Shown here in pieces: positions 1 to 15,700 of a stretch of DNA of 64,000 nt. Positions within the stretch are counted from its first letter, which is position 1. Every line of letters begins with the position of its first letter. Under the pieces are notes generated by a model. That model did not search any database. It saw nothing but the letters and a program-made list of their open reading frames with translations, and was not told where the DNA came from. The stretch is from Mobula hypostoma (Eukaryota), in contig NC_086109.1 of assembly GCF_963921235.1 (NCBI RefSeq), positions 5,582,001 to 5,646,000 on the forward strand, given 5' to 3'. Both the position numbers and the translations under genes were made by a program.

Positions 1-1740
1 ATGGGCTTGTTGGGCTGGAAGGGCCTATTAAAAGCTCAAAGTTCAAAGTAAATTTATGTCACCATATACAACCCTGAGATTCATTGTCTTCAAGGCATAC
101 TCAATAAATCCACAGAAAATAGGTCCCTGGTCAGACCCCGCTTGGAGTACTGTGCTCAGTTCTGGCCACCTCACTATAGGAAGGATGTGGAAACCATAGG
201 AGGGGTGCAAAGGAGATTTACAAGGATGTTGCCTGGAATGGGGAGCATGCCTTATGAGAATAGGTTGAGTGAACTCGGCCTTTTTTCCTTTGAGTGACAG
301 AGGATGAGAGGTGTACAAGATAATGAGAGGCATTGTTCGTGCGGATAGAGGTTTTTTCCGGGGCTGAAATGGCATGAGAGGGCATAGTTTTAATGTGCTT
401 GGAAGTAGGTACAGAGGAGATGTCAGGGGTAAGTTTTTCTACACAGAGAGTGGTGAGTGCGTGGAATGGGCTGCCAGCGATAGTGGTGGAGGTGGATATG
501 ATAGGGTCTTTTAAGAGACTCCTGGACAGGTATATGGAGCTCAGAAAAAGAGAGGGCTATGGGTAACCTTAGGTAATTTCTCAGGTAAGGACACGTTTGG
601 CACAGCTTTTTGGGTCGATGGGCCTGTATTATGCTGTAGGTTTTCTGTTTCTAATAATAACCATAATAGAATCAATGAAAGACCACCCTGATTTGGCCAT
701 TCAGCCAGTGTGCAAAAGCCAACAAGCCTTGCAAATACCAAAATAAATAAATAATAAACTATATGTATATCAAGAACATGAGATGAAGAGTCCTTGAAAA
801 TGAGTCCACAGGTTGTGCGAACAAGTGATGGGACAAGTGAAGTTATCCCCGCTGGTCAAGAGTCTGATGGCTGATGGGTAGTAGCTTCCTGAACCTGGTG
901 GTGTGAGTCCCAAGGCTCCTGTACATTCTTCCTGATGGCAGCAGCGAGAAGAGAGCATGTCCTGGGTGGTGGGGGTCCCTGATGATGGATGCTACTTTCT
1001 TGCAACAGTGTTTCAAATAGGTGTGCTCAATGGTGGAGAGTGAGTCCGTGATGGACTGGGCTGTATCCACTACTTTTAGTAGGAATTTCAGTTCAAGGGC
1101 ACTGGTGTTTTCATACCAGGCTCTGATGCAGACAGTCAATGTACTCCACCACACACACATAGGAGTTTGTCAAAGTTTTAGATGTCATGCTGAATCTTAG
1201 CAAACTTCTAAGGAAGTAACTCTAAGTAAATATAAATTTAAAAATTTTAGCATAAATTAAAAAAGTTTTTTTCATGTAAAGTGGTTATTACTTCAGCTTA
1301 CGCTGATTGTAACAATGCAGAAAGAGAAGATTTGTGATCACGAAGCTCAGTTCTCCATGGGAATGGGAGGTTTAAAGGTACTTACAGATCCTTGCCAGCT
1401 AGCTGGCTCTGCTTGCTGCCTGGTATGGTACTGCGGTTTCTATTGGTTGCTGATCTTCCACATTGTAGTTTATTAATGACACCAAATAAATACAAATTTA
1501 AAAGAAGCCATTGAATAGCAGATTCACTGTAACCACTGCTGAACGGGTAACCCGGTGTGACTTAGCACTTTCACTGTTCATATGACATAGGAGCAGAATG
1601 AGGCCATTCAGTCCATCAAGCCTGCTCCACCATTTCGTTTTGGCAGATTTATTATCCCTCTCAATCCCATTCTGCTGCGTTGTCCTCATTACCTTTGATA
1701 CCCTTACTAATCAAGAGCCAAGCAACCTCTGCTTTAAATT

Positions 1741-2488
1741 CTGGGGAGAGAATTCAAAGTTCTGAGATGCAACGGGACTTGGGAGTCCTCGTACCGGATA
1801 CCCTTAAAGTTAACCTCCAGGTTGAGTTGGTGTGAAGAAGGCGAATGCAATGTTGGCATTCATTTCTAGAGGAATAGAGTATAGGAGCAGGGATGTGATG
1901 TTGAGGCTCTGTAAGGCGCTGGTGAGACCTCACTTGGAGTACTGTGGGCAGTTTTGGTCTCCTTATTTAAGAAAGGATGTGCTGACGTTGGAGAGGGTAC
2001 AGAGAAGATTTACTAGAATGATTCTGGGAATGAGAGGGTTAACATATGAGGAACGTTTGTCTGCTCTTGGACTGTATTCCTTGGAGTTTAGAAGAATGAG
2101 GGGAGACCTCATAGAAACATTTTGAATATTGAAAGGCATGGACAGAGTGGATGTGGCAAAGTTGTTTCCCATGATGGGGGAGTCAAGTACGAGAGGGCAT
2201 GACTTAAGGATTGAAGGGCGCCCATTCAGAACAGAGATGCGACAAAATTTTTTTTAGCCGGGGGTGGTGAATTTATGGAATTTATTGCCACGGGCGGCAG
2301 TGGAGGCCAAGTCATTGGGTATATTTAAGGCAGAGATTGATAGGTATCTGAGTAGCCAGGGCATCAAAGGTTATGGTGAGAAGGCGGGGGAGTGAGACTA
2401 AATGGGAGAATGGGTCAGCTCATGATAAAATGGCAGAGCAGACTCGATGGGCCGAATGGCTAACTTCTGCTCCTTTGTCTTATGGTCT
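1741..2488 (+). mobile_element. CR1 LINE 3' fragment nested in an oppositely oriented CR1 fragment
   Basis: KKANAMLAFISRGIEYRS...LVRPHLEYC...RVQRRFTRMI; 3' UTR ending TCTTATGGTCT. Many further CR1 3' fragments occur (e.g. ~16405-16860, ~25550-26045, ~57140-57615, ~60790-61310, ~62540-63110). Confidence 0.88.
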
Positions 2489-4523
2489 TAAATATATCCA
2501 ATGACTTGGCTTCTACAGCTGCCTGTGGCAATGAATTTCCCATATTCACCATCCTCTGGCTAAAGGAATTCCCCCTCATCTCTGTTCAAAAGGGATGTCC
2601 TATTCCGAGCCTGTGTCCTCTGGTCCTAACTGTCCCATTATTGGAAACATTGGGGCCTGCAATAACTTAGTGGTTAGCATGACACTATTACAGCTTGGTG
2701 GTCAAAGTTTGGAGTTTATTTCTGGTGTCTTCTCAAAGCAAGTTTGTACATCCCTTTTTGTGTGCACATGGGTTTCCTCCCACTGTCGAAATAATAACCA
2801 GGTTAATTAGTCGGTGTAAATTGTCCTGTGATTAGGCTAGGGTTAAATCAGCAGATTGCTGGGTGGCATAACTCGCTTGCTTGCTGTATCTGTAAGTAAC
2901 ATTATATCCTCTCCAAGTCAGCTCTAAGCCTTTCACTGGAGCAGATCTTTCAGGGGGGGCAGTAAATCTGCTCCCCACCCTCACTTTCAGGTGAACCAAA
3001 ATGAAATGGCAGAGAGGGAGTGAACTCGTATGTCGTTTCTGTTTCTGACACAAAACTCCGTGCATCAGCTTTCAGTTCACAGATATAGGTCTATTCATCT
3101 CCTGTCAATGGCAGTAACATCCTGAAGGGGGTTATGTGCACTTTGTTGGCGTCTCAGCCATAGTGTAATACAGCATGGAATTATCGAGTCCTTTGGCTGA
3201 AGACCATATCAACCACTACACCAATCCCAGCTGATTCTCCGCACATTCTCAGCAATCCTTCCACATTATCTATCATGCACCTGCATCATCGATAAAGCCC
3301 TCCCACCATCGAGCACATCTACATGAAATGTTGTGTCAGGAAAGCAGCATCCATCATCAGGGAATCCCACCACACAGGGCGTACTCTCTGCTGCCATCAG
3401 GACTCACACCTCCAGGTTCAGGAACAGCTATTACCTCATAACCATCAGGCTTCTGAACCAAAGGGGATAACTTCACTTGCCCCATTACTGAACTGTTTCC
3501 ACAACCTATGGACTCATTTTCAAGGACTCTTCTTCTCATGTTCTCAATATTTATTGCTTATTTATTTATTATTATTTTTCTTTTTCTATTTGCAGTTTGT
3601 TGTCTTCTGCACTCTGGTGGAACGTCCTAGTTGGATGGTCTTTCATTGATTCTGTTATGGTTAATATTCCAAAGATTCATTGAGTATGCCCACAAAAAAA
3701 AGAATCTCAGGGTTGTATATGATGACATGTATGTGCTTTGACAATAAACTTACTTTGAACTTTGATTTACAGTGGTCATTTGGTAGTTCATATTATACAC
3801 ACATTTCTGTGGAAAAAATGTCTCTCCAGTTCCTATTAACTAATTCCTCTCTTAATCCTAGGCCCTCTAGTCCTTGATTTCAGAACCCTAGTAAACAGTC
3901 TGTGTGTATTCACCCATCCATGTTCCTCATGATTTTATATACCTCTTTAAGATTCTTCCCCCCACCCCGGCCCACCCAGTCTCCTCTTCTCAAATGAATT
4001 AAGTCCCAGTCTGCTCAACTTGACCTACCAATCTTTGGGACAGACTCATTGAGCATAGTAATGTCCCTTCAGCCCAATTCATCCATGCCAACCAAGATCT
4101 CTAAAAGCTAATTCCATTTGTCCACATTTGACCCATATCCCGCCAAACCCTTCCAATCCACCTAGCTGTTCAAATGTCTTTTAAAATTATGTTCTTGTAC
4201 CTATCTCAGCCATTTGCTTTGGCAACTTGTATCATATACCCACCTCCCTGTCTGTGAAAAAATTGCCCCTAAGGTCCTATTAAATCTTTCCACTCTTGCT
4301 TTAAACCTGGGCCTTCTAGTTCTTGGTTCTTGGTTTGGGAATCAATATGGGTAAATGCACTCCTTCACCTCTTTTGACCAGAACTTTTTGGTCCTCACCT
4401 CTAGTGCTGTGGCCGTTAAGTCTCTGCCTATACACTGAGAATAGAAATACAGCCAGAAGAATATACTTTCCAAAGTGTGAGCGTGGGATGGCACAGTAAA
4501 TGTTCTCAGCGGTATAACAGTGG

Positions 4524-4930
4524 TCAAGTATGTTGGCTCCTCTGCTTCATCTGATGATAGTTCAAAGATTTCTTCAAGCTGGCCAGGTTGAAATCCCCCA
4601 CAATGATAGGGAAGGCATCTGGAAGTGCTGATTCATGACTGCTGATCATGCTGCTGTGCTCCTCCACTGTCTGCCAGACGTTGGCCTGAGGTGGAATGTA
4701 CACTGCTACCAGGATGATGGTGGAAAACTTCCTTGGCAGATAAAATGTACAGCATTTGTCCGCTAGATGTTCCAAATCAGGTGAGCAGGTCTGAGACAAA
4801 ACTACCACATTGTGCACCACGATGAGTTAATCATAAAGCATATTCCACCTCCTTCACCTTTAAGACTGAGCTGTTGTCTTTGCGGAGAATGGTGAAGCCA
4901 TCAGCTGTAAAGTTGTGTCCAAAATGTTGG
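4524..4930 (-). mobile_element. Rex1/Babar-type LINE endonuclease-region fragment
   Basis: DLEHL...FYLPRKFSTIILVAVYIPPQA...IVGDFN. Confidence 0.75.
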
Positions 4931-6656
4931 GTGTGAGCCATGTTTCTGTAAAGCGCCCCCCTGGCACAGACTGATAAGTGGCAGGTGACATTCACACCAC
5001 AGAAGTGGCAAGTTATGACGGAGAGCACACAGTAAACACACACATTCTGCTGTCATGGCACTGAGTGTACACACCTCAATATCTTCCCGGGGATGGCCCG
5101 AGCTGTTTGCTTTTCTTGTGAATAGTGCTGCAAGTAATTTTTTTCATTACACCAGTGCGTATACTGTATAGGTTGAAGACCGAGCTCAATGGCCAAAGCC
5201 CTGGTCTGCAGGTCTACTGGGGAGGTCAGAGGCCCAAGTCTGTGAGTCCGCAACTCCACCGGAGGCTGGAGGCCCACAGGCAGCCTGTCCTGGAGTTGGA
5301 GAACTGTGTGTGTGTGTCACACGAGAGAGTCACTGGGAGGAAAGGGGCTTGTTTTATTGTTGTCGTATTGCTGTTTTTGTTGCTTGTGTTGTTCTGCTGA
5401 GCATTGTGGGCGTGCAGTAAGAGCGCCAGAATGTGCGGCAACACTTACAGGCTGCCCCCAGCAATACTCAGGTTGTATTGGTTGTTAACACAGACGACAT
5501 ATTTCACTGCCTGCATGCTCCTCAACTCAACACACCATCCTGATTTGGAAATATTTCAGTGTTACTGCCACCACTGATTGGTGGGGTGGCACTCCTTCCT
5601 TCTGCTAGCCTGCAGGTCACTCCTGGGCAAGCACCTGCTTAGCCTCTGATCAGGTCACCTGAAGCCATGGGAGCAGGTGCACATCACAAGTCCCGGTTAT
5701 ACGACCACTGATTCCAGGCAGACTATCTTTCAAGAGTATTGATAATGGCTGGGCTCACCTGTCTTATAAAGACACTGCCCAGAAGAAGGCAATGGCAAAC
5801 CACTCCTGTAGAAAAATTTGCAAAGTACAGTCATGGTCATGGAAAGACTGTGATCACCCACATCATATGACATGGTACATATCGAACATATAAACTGCCT
5901 AAACCCCAGGACTCTGCTCGGCACATACAAGACTGATAAGAAAGAATGATTTCTAAAAGTAGAGAGAGAGAGGGGAGACTAATTAAATGGATCCATGGAA
6001 GGAACATATGCCAGTACATCAGAGATGCGAATTTAATATTATTGCAGCTCCTTTGTATGGGTGTTTATAAAATCAGACGTTCATTACCCAGGGACAGCCT
6101 CCACATAAAACAATGGAGAAAAAAACTGACAAATAAATGTTTTAATAAATGTCCCTTTAATCCTTTTCTTGTTTGTTCTGAATGATGTGACACAGACAGA
6201 GGAATCACAGGATTCCAGCAGCTCCAGTCCACCAACGTATTTCTCAAGCCACAGAATCAGGATCACAAATCCCCTTGGCTTCCTATTTCTCAACCGTGAC
6301 ATTTTCATCAAACGTTTTCCCATTTCTATAACACTCTGCCCATCTACCAAAAAGATAAAACATTTGGATGACTTACTAATACACTGTCACACAGACCACA
6401 CACGTTATTGGAACTTGATTGGGGGGTCGGGGGGAGAGGTGCAGAATGTGGTGGGAGGTCAGTTAACTTTCTAAATCAGAAATTTGGAGTGCTGAGAATT
6501 ATTTATTGCTCTCCTCACCTCCCCCTCCTTTCTCTAAAGTTGGTTTGATGCTCAGGCGTGGCTACGTGTGATTGCTCAAGGCAGTTTCAAACTTGTAGCA
6601 TGGTTATAGAAATGGTAGAAAATTGAGCTTCTAGGCATTAGATTGCCACTTCTTCC

Positions 6657-6798
6657 TCAAGCTGTGTCTATTTCTTTTTCTAAACTGACAGTGTGATGTA
6701 GAACTTGATGATCCCAGCCAGCTGTGCTCAGTAGATTGGAATTGAGGGGCGACCAGGATACACTACGAACAAAGTCCTTATGCGATTTGTTCCTAAAC
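6657..6798 (-). CDS. WDR77: WDR77 terminal exon 10 ([19 protein letters not shown]...[19 protein letters not shown])
   Basis: TAG acceptor; TGA stop at 6657-6659; candidate AATAAA on - strand at 6502-6507. Confidence 0.94.
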
Positions 6799-9700
6799 CT
6801 AGAAACAATTTAAAATAAATGGATCAATTTTGATGATTAATGAGCAACCAGTTAAAGCAACAGATTTCTGCACAGATTCATCAAGTCACTTACACTTCCG
6901 AGAGGTTTGCGTCAACAACAGCCAGAGTACAATCCTCACTGACTGAAGCCAAAAGCGGAGAGCTGTAAAGTCAAGAGATGAAACATCACTCACTCTCAAA
7001 GTGTTTCCACTTCACATCTCACTTAGACATTTACTGGAGACTATCTACTTAACATTTGCGGTAAAGGCCTCCTTATGGAACAATCAATTCGGTAGACTAA
7101 ACCAGTGGTCCCCAACCACTGGGCTGCAGAGCATGTGCTACCAGCCCACGAGAAAACGATGATTTGGCGATATGAAACAATATGAGTCAGCTGCACCTTT
7201 CCTCATTCCCTGTCACGCACTGTTGAACTTGAACACCTCCCCACCCCCCCAACCCCATTCCACAAGGATATTGTCAATATTAAATCGGTCTGTGGTGCAA
7301 AAAAGGTTGGGGACCCCTGGACTAAATTACCAAATGATTAGATTTGGTACATCACTAAAGATTCTAGCAAATTTTAACACAGCTACCATGGAGAGCAAAA
7401 GACCTAAAACATGGCGGCAGAATTAGGTCATTCGACCCATCGAGTTTGCTTAGCATTCCATCATGGCTGATTTATTATCCTTCTCAACCCCATTCTCCTG
7501 CCTTCTATGTACCTGTAATCTTTGACGGCCTTATTAATCAAGAACCTATCAGCCTTTGCTTTAAATATACCCAAGGACTTGGCCTCCACAGCTGATTGTG
7601 CCAATGAATTCCACACAATTAACATTCTCTAGCTAAATAAATTCCTCCTTACCTCTCTTCTAAAAGGAAGTCCTTATATTCTGAGGCTGTACCCGCTAGT
7701 CCTAGACTCTCCCACTATTGGAAACATCCTCTCCATGTCCACTCTTTCTAGGTCTTCCAATATCCAATAGTTAAAGTGGTTTAGGCCAGAACTGGAAACT
7801 AAAACATCTTTTGCGTAACCAAATTTGATTAAAATGTGTGCATTCTGAACCTTTTAAGGAGTAAGTACATCACAATAGTGATATCTCAAAGATCAGAAAT
7901 TTCCACGATGAGTATGATCAAAACACTCAGATTTTACAATAAGGATTGTTAGAATCCAAATATACCAATATCTCCAGCCTATCTTGCACCAACACAAAGG
8001 AACAAGTACAGGTGCTGTAATGTTCACCTTATGAGCTATTAAACAGCCACTGAATACTTTATCAGGGTAACCACCTGTGTGAGGAATACTGTAGGCCAGA
8101 CACAGTCCGCGAATGCACCTCAGAGCGCTGAATGGAATCCACCCGATTCTGTAAGGTTTTCACGCCCACGAATCCATTTTCAGTCCCTGTTAAATTAAAC
8201 ACATCGATTTAGAATAAGTAACTATAGAATTGTTCACAACTCGTTCTCACTCAGATCTACAAGAGGAAAATTATTACATCACTTGAAGGTTAAATACTCT
8301 AAACCCATGGAATAACCTAAACTTTATTTTGCTTTCTTTTAGTTAAAATAGATGAGGATTTTATTGAGATAGTATATGAGGTGCAGACCAGCTCATTAAC
8401 TGAGGGGGCAATGCTTTTTATATGAATTAATAGCATAGCACACCTGAGAGGGTACATGGCCTATTCCCATTTCTATTTCTTATGTTCTACAATAATTACG
8501 TATAAATGCCACAGCAGTGTAGCGGTTAGTGTTGCTATTACAGCTCAGGGCGTTCTGGAGTTCAACTCCAGTGATGTCTGTAAGGAGTCTGTATGTTCTC
8601 TCCACGAGTGCTCTAGTGTCCTCCCACAGTCCAAACAGGTACCAGTTAGTAGGTTAATCTGTCATTGTAAATTGTCTGTGTTAAACAGGTGGGCTGCTGG
8701 GTGGTGCAGCTCCTTGGGCTACAAGGGTCTGTTCAGCACCGTATCTCTAAATAAATAAATTATTTTGGATTCAAAATGCTGCCTGAAGTATTAGTGATGG
8801 AAGGGATTCTATGACAGCAGATCAACGTTTATGAAATATAAAATCCGTATTTCAATACATCACGAAAATAACAGTCAGGGAGTGCAAAGTCTGAGAGGTC
8901 TGCAGAAGTTATAGGAACAAAGACATCTCTGAACTGATTCTACAACCTACAGATTCATTTTCAGTGAGTCTCTATAACTCATGTTCCCAGCATTATATTT
9001 TATTATTACTTCATTTTATTTATTTAGATATAGCATGGAACAAACAGGCCTCTTCCGGCCCCAACATGCTGTACCACCCAGAAGTCCACCTATTATTCCT
9101 AGCCTAATCACAGGACAATTTGCAATGATCAATTAACCCACTAACTGGTACATCTTTGGACTGTGGTAAAGATCACCTGATGGAACCCAAGTGTTCACGG
9201 AGAGTAACATAGCAACACAATGTAAGGATGGATGCTCACTGGTCAGCATGGACTTGGTGGACTGAGTGGCCTGTTTCTATGCAATGTGTCTCTATGACTA
9301 TAACCTGCAATGTGTTTATCATGGTTAAGTTACTGAACTACTAAACAGAGCCCTAGAGTTCAAACTTCACCTCTCAACAGCTGGTTAAGTCCAACGTTTC
9401 AGTGAGCAATGTACTCACAAAACCACTGGATTGTACTAAAACACCCAACGTTCTTCAAAGAAGGTGAAGTGTAGTGGCTAGCACAATGCTTCACAGTAAC
9501 AGCGACCTGGGCTCAATTCCTGCCGCTGTCTGTAAGGAGTTTGTACGCTCTCCCCGTGACTGTGGGTTTCCTCCGGGTGCTCCGGTTTCCTCCCACAGTC
9601 CAAATACGTACCAGTTGGTAGGTTAATTAGTCATTGTAAATTGTCCCATGATTAGACTAGGGTTGGGGGTTGCTGGGCGGTGTGACCTGAAGGTCCAGAA

Positions 9701-12700
9701 GGGCTTATTCCACACTGTATCTCAATAAATAAATAAAATACACAGACTGGCCCAACACGGACATGGACAATCATCAAGAGCAGGGGAACGCCGGTCTCCA
9801 AGGAGTTTACAGGACTAAAACCCACCAATGTATTTGACTCTTCCAAACCATCCGAAGTGATGCAACAAATACCTACTTCAATAAGGAGTGGATAATATAC
9901 ATGGAATCTACCAGAGACAAACAAATGGTGAACTTATTCTCAAAATTACCAATAGTTTCAATTGATGATTCAATCCTTCTCACTTATGCATCGAGAATGA
10001 ATTTAATAGTACCAAAATAACAAAAATAGGAATGAAAATTAAAATACACATTTAAATGAATATTCATAGATTTCAAAAAAATTATTGAAGTACATCAACT
10101 ACTCTGAGATTCATTTTCTTGCAGGCATTCACAGAACAGCGAAATACAATAGAATCAATGAAAAACTACACACAGAGACTGACAAACAACTGATGTGCAA
10201 AAGATAATCTGTGCAAATAAAATCAGAATCAGGTTTATTATCACCGGCATATATATTGAAATAATTATATGTAAATAATAAATAAATAATGCCGAGAGCA
10301 TGAGTTGTAAAGTCCTTGAAAGTGAGTCTATAAGCTGTGGAATCAATTCACAGTTGAGGTGAGTGAAGTTATCCACGCTGGTTCAGGAGCCTGATGATTG
10401 TAGGAAAATAACTGTTTCTGGACCTGGTGGTGTGGGACCGAAGGCTTCTGTACCTCCTACCTGATGGCAGCAGTGAAAAGAGAACATGGCCTGGAAGGCC
10501 ATGCTCCTTTCTTTTGGCAGCACTCCTTATAGATATGCTTAATGGTGGGGATAGGTAAAAAATACATTTCAGGGTTTCTGATCACTGTGATTGGTTTACC
10601 AATACATCACTTCCATTAAACCTCCAACGTGCTGCCTCCTCCTGATTAACTCCAGGCTTACATGAATAAGGTTGAAAAATAAACACGAACTAATGATGTG
10701 GAATCACCTTACCAAAGGCAAAGACTTTTTCGTTCTGTGGATGCCATGTAACAGTGGTTGGACAGCAGTGTGATAATCCCGTGTCTGAAACCAGATACAA
10801 TGCTCAGTAAAACAATGTTCGATTACAGTTAGACTTACAGTTTCGACAAATGCGTTGAAATTACACAACCTGCTCCTAGTCAGGATACCAGAACTTTTCA
10901 CTCATTTAATAGCCAAGCTTGTCAAGGACTAATCCAGTCTTCCATCCTTCACCTTTACCCTGTACCAATGATATTTGGTCTTGATTCTGTAAATCCAAGT
11001 TCCAAATGTATCAGGGTCCGTTGCAGTTTGTGAATTTCTGATCCTATAATTCCCTCAGTCCCCAGTTGTGGAAAATAGTACATATGTTAAACAGGTGGAT
11101 GTATGGGGTGTCCAGGAAGGGGTTGTACCTCTGGTGGAGGTGTCTATTCTTGTCCTGTCCATACTGGGGCAGCTCACTCAACATTTGGCCTCACTGGACA
11201 CTCAGATCTCACCTGTTTGTGTGCGAGACCAGCCACGCTCCGGTACACTGCTTCAACAGGTGGGCTAAACCAGCTGAGGGTAGCCAAGGGGCCTCATAAC
11301 CCAGTGAGATGGAGACATGCCTGTCCTAGCATGCAAAGAAAACTCCAGTGTCCTGGGCACGAGATCAACAGTGAGATCCAATAGCCAGGAAGACGGTTTT
11401 ACAATGCTTTGTGGAGAGGGAAGGGCATGACAAGACCATAAGATACTCAAACTTTTGCCACCTGCCCAATTCCCTAACAGGAACTGCAGTATTACACACA
11501 CTTTCATTGGGACTTCTGTGTACTGATTAAGGAAACTTTCCTGAACACACTTGACAAACTCTTTCTTCTCTAGTCCTTTTACAGAATGGGGCTCCCAGTC
11601 AATATGATCGCTTACTATCACAACCTTATGCTCTTCCTACATCTGGCCTCACTAACATGTAATATGGGTCGCGATCCTGAGATCACAACCTTGGAGGTCC
11701 TGTCCTTTTACATTGCACCCAACTCCCTAAACTCACTTTGCAGGACTTCATCACCCATCCTACCCATGACATTGGTACTGATGTGGACCATGACCTCTGG
11801 CTGCTGCTCACTCTCTCACTTGAGAATGCTGTGGACTCGATTGAGATATCTCTGACCCTGACATCCGAGAGGGATCAAACTATCGAGGAATCTCATTGTC
11901 ATCCACAGAACCTCCTTGCTGTTACCCTAACCAACAAACCCCTTATCACTACAGCTCGCCTCTTCTTCCTCCCTTCCTTGTAAACCACAAAGATAGACTC
12001 AGAGACCTGCTTGCTGTGGCTTCTCCCTGGTAGGTCTTCTGTTGTTGTTGGATACAATGGACAACCACCATTAACAAGTGATATGCAATATTTTCTTAAC
12101 GCTTGTGTTAATAGTTTCAATGGAAATACTGGAAGATGGGAATCCAGTCTTTGAATGTACACCTAGATAATATAACACTATCCGTCCTTTGTACATTACG
12201 AACTAATATGAAATGCACCCAGAAAGCTTGAGATTGAGATTATTATTGATCAAACACAAACATTACGAAAAGGAAGCGAGATACATACCGATCCGCAAAG
12301 CTGGTTTGGAATTTCTTCTGTCCCACAGTAAAAGTCTCCTGTCCTGAAAAAGGAAAGTCAATTGAGAAAGAGGGATAGCTTTACTTAAAGCATTTGCTAA
12401 GTTATCAATTATTTCGCCAGTCAATGTTGACCAACTGAAGGATCAAGATCTACCCCTCTAATGATGCTGTATAGGGTGTGCATTAGATATGTAAACTAAT
12501 ATTAACACAATTCTATATAGCATTTATTGTACCAACCATAGCTTCAAGCACTAAGGAACAATGAACTTTTAACAAACGTTATTGATATCTTGATGAGCCA
12601 TGTACTTTCTGCTGTGAGTTTATTATGTGTATTATGGTAACTAATCACACCAGTGGGGATGTGGTAAAAGCAAAGGGGTAAGTTATGTATTCATGTTTAT

Positions 12701-15700
12701 TTCGTGGCAGTTTGTAGCTTGGGACCACGGAGATCATATCTTTGCTAACCGCTGGGATAATACTCAATAATGCCTAATTGTATGTTTGCTAATTATTAAT
12801 AAAAGATCGAAATCTTTGGAGCAGTGGACCTGTCACACAGTGTAGCAGCTCCACCTGGGGTCACAAACAGGTAACACAGTTGTTCTGCTAAATTTAGATC
12901 AAATGCTGCTACAATAACTTCGTTTTATTATTGAACATATCATATGGATTTCACATCAAATCTCTTTATAGATAATCAAGATCCAGTATGTACACTGAAA
13001 CCTAATGGTAACTCAGAAAACAGTAAGTTTGTATTATCAATCATATTACAAGAGCATTACAAACACTTCGTTATGACAGCAAATGTTGGAATCTACAGCA
13101 GTACACAATCTGCTGAAGGGACGTGGCAGGTTGAGCAGCGAACGTTGAGGGAGAGGGGACGGTCGATCATCCAGGTTTCTGATGTAGGGCTTCAACCCGA
13201 AACACCAACAATTCCTTTCCTCCCAGAGATGCTGCACAACCTGCTGATTCCTCCAGCAGATTGTTCATCAACTCAAATGGACAGGTTTTACATAAAGAAG
13301 TGAGATTTCAGGAAGCTATAAAAAGCTATAATGGTTGTCAAAATGTTTTCTCTTTAAAAGGAATACTTTATTTTAGAAAAAAAAGCAGCCAATTTAACTC
13401 ACAGAACATTACAGCATAGCACAGGCCCTTTGGCCCAGAGAGTTGTGCCAATCTTTTAGCTGACCCTTTAAGATTTAACCTACTCAATTTAACCCTCCCC
13501 TACTATATAGCCCTCTGCTTTTCTATCATCCAGTACCGAAGAGGTTTTTAAAGACACCCAATATATCTGCTTACAGTGCCTATAAAGAGTATTCACTCCT
13601 GCCCCCCTGCCAGAAGTTTTAATGTTTTATTGTTTCACAACCTTGAATCACTGGATTTAACTTGACTTTCTTTTGACACTGATCAACAGAAAAGTTCTTT
13701 CGTGTCAAAGTGAAAACAGATCTCTACAAAGTGATCTAAATTAATTACAAATATAACACAAAATAATCGATTGCATTAGTATTCACCCCCTTTAATATGA
13801 CACACCAAATCATCCCTGGTGCAGCCAATTGGTTTTAGAAGTCACATAATTAGTTACATTGGAGATCTGTGTGCAATCAAGGTGCTTCAATTGATTATAG
13901 TAAAAATACACCTGCATCTGGAAGTTCTAACTGCTGGTGAGTCAGTATCCTGTCAAAAACTATACCATGAAGACAAAAGAACACTTCAAGCAACTCCACA
14001 AAAAGTCAAGAGATGGATACAACATCCCTCGAAGTACAGTTCATACAATCATCAAGAAATGGAAAGAATATGGCACAGCAGTAAATCTGCCTAGAGCAGG
14101 CTGTCCTCAAAAACTGAGTGACTGTGCAAGAAGGGGACTAGTGAGGGAAGCCACCAGGAGACATATGACAACTCTGAACGAGTTACAAGCTTCAGTGGCT
14201 GAGATTGGCTGAGATGGGAGAGACCATACATACAACAACGATTTGCCTGGGTGCTTCACCAGTCGCACCTTTATGAGAGAGTGACAAAGAGAAAGCCACT
14301 TGAAAAAGACTCATGAAATCTTAGCTAGAATTTGCCAGAAGGCATGTGGGAGACTCTGAAATCAGCTGGGATAAGGTTCTATGATCTGATGAAACCAAAA
14401 TTGAGCTTTTTGGTCATCAGACTAGACGCTATGTTTGGCATAATCAAAAACACACCAACCCTACCGTGAAGCATGGTGGTGACTGCATCATGCTGTGGGG
14501 ATGCTTCACTGCAGCAGGCCCTGGAAGTCTTGTGAAGGTAGAAGGTAAAATGAATGCAGCAAAATACAGGGAGATCCTGGAGGAAAACCTGATGCAGTCT
14601 GCAAGAGAACTGCAACTTAGGCGAAGATTTATTTTCCAGCAAGACAATGACCCCAAGCATAAAGCCAAAGCTACACAGAAATGGCTTAAAAACAACAAAA
14701 TTAAAAGTCCTGGAGTAGTCGAGTCAGAGTCCAGACTTCAATCCAATTGAGAATTTGTGGCTGGACTTGAAAAGTGACGTTCACTCACGGTCCCCATGCA
14801 ATCTGAGAGATCTATCCACACAGACTCAAGGCTGTGATTGCTGCCAAAGGTGCGTCTACTAAATACTGAATTGAAGGGGGTGAGTAATTATGCAATCAAT
14901 TACTTTGTGTTTGATTGTAATAAACTTCAACCAATTTGTAGAAACTCGTTTTCATTTTGACGCAAAAGAGTCTTTTCTGTTGATCAGTGTCAAAAGAGTC
15001 AAATTAAATCCAGTGTGATTATATGTTGTAAAACAATAAAACATGAAAACCTCCAAGGGGCTGAATACTTTTTCTAGGCACTGTATATCACCACCACTGG
15101 CAGGCTGTTCCAGGCATCCACCACACTCTATGTAAAAAAAACTATCTCTGACAACCCCTTATACCTTCCTCCAGTCACCTTAAAATTTGAGGGAAGTACT
15201 GGGGGGATGTCAGAGGCAAAAAGTAATTTATTGCCTCCATATACCTATTTTTAAACCCTCAATACACTTGCACTTGTATAGAAATGCAGGTGGAAATTTG
15301 GAGCAATTATTTAATATCTTAGTTTGACTCTATTTATAAATGTTTCTTAACTGTAAATGGCCATTACTGGGGAGAACCAAATCAAAGCTAAGTTACTGAC
15401 ATCAACCAGGACAGGAGATACTACGGTAAAATTAGTCTCTGCCAAAAAGAGAGGAGATAGCAGTGTAAGTATTGTATATCTTCAAAAACCAAAAAATGTC
15501 AAAACCAATTTCACTTTACAATATTAGAAAACTTAACATCTTGACCATGTCTGTGTACTTTTATGCATTCAGTTGCTGCCACATGATTGGCTGTTTAGAT
15601 ATTTGCGTTAATGAGCAACTGTCCGTTGAGTGTAATTCTATTCAGTATAGCTGGGAAAAGAAAGATCAAATTCTCTGATTGTTTACACCTATAAGCATAG

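Noticed and set aside
5946..6474. Short ORFs downstream of WDR77 (79-101 aa)
   Set aside because: No recognisable homology and no consistent exon boundaries; likely 3' UTR or intergenic noise.
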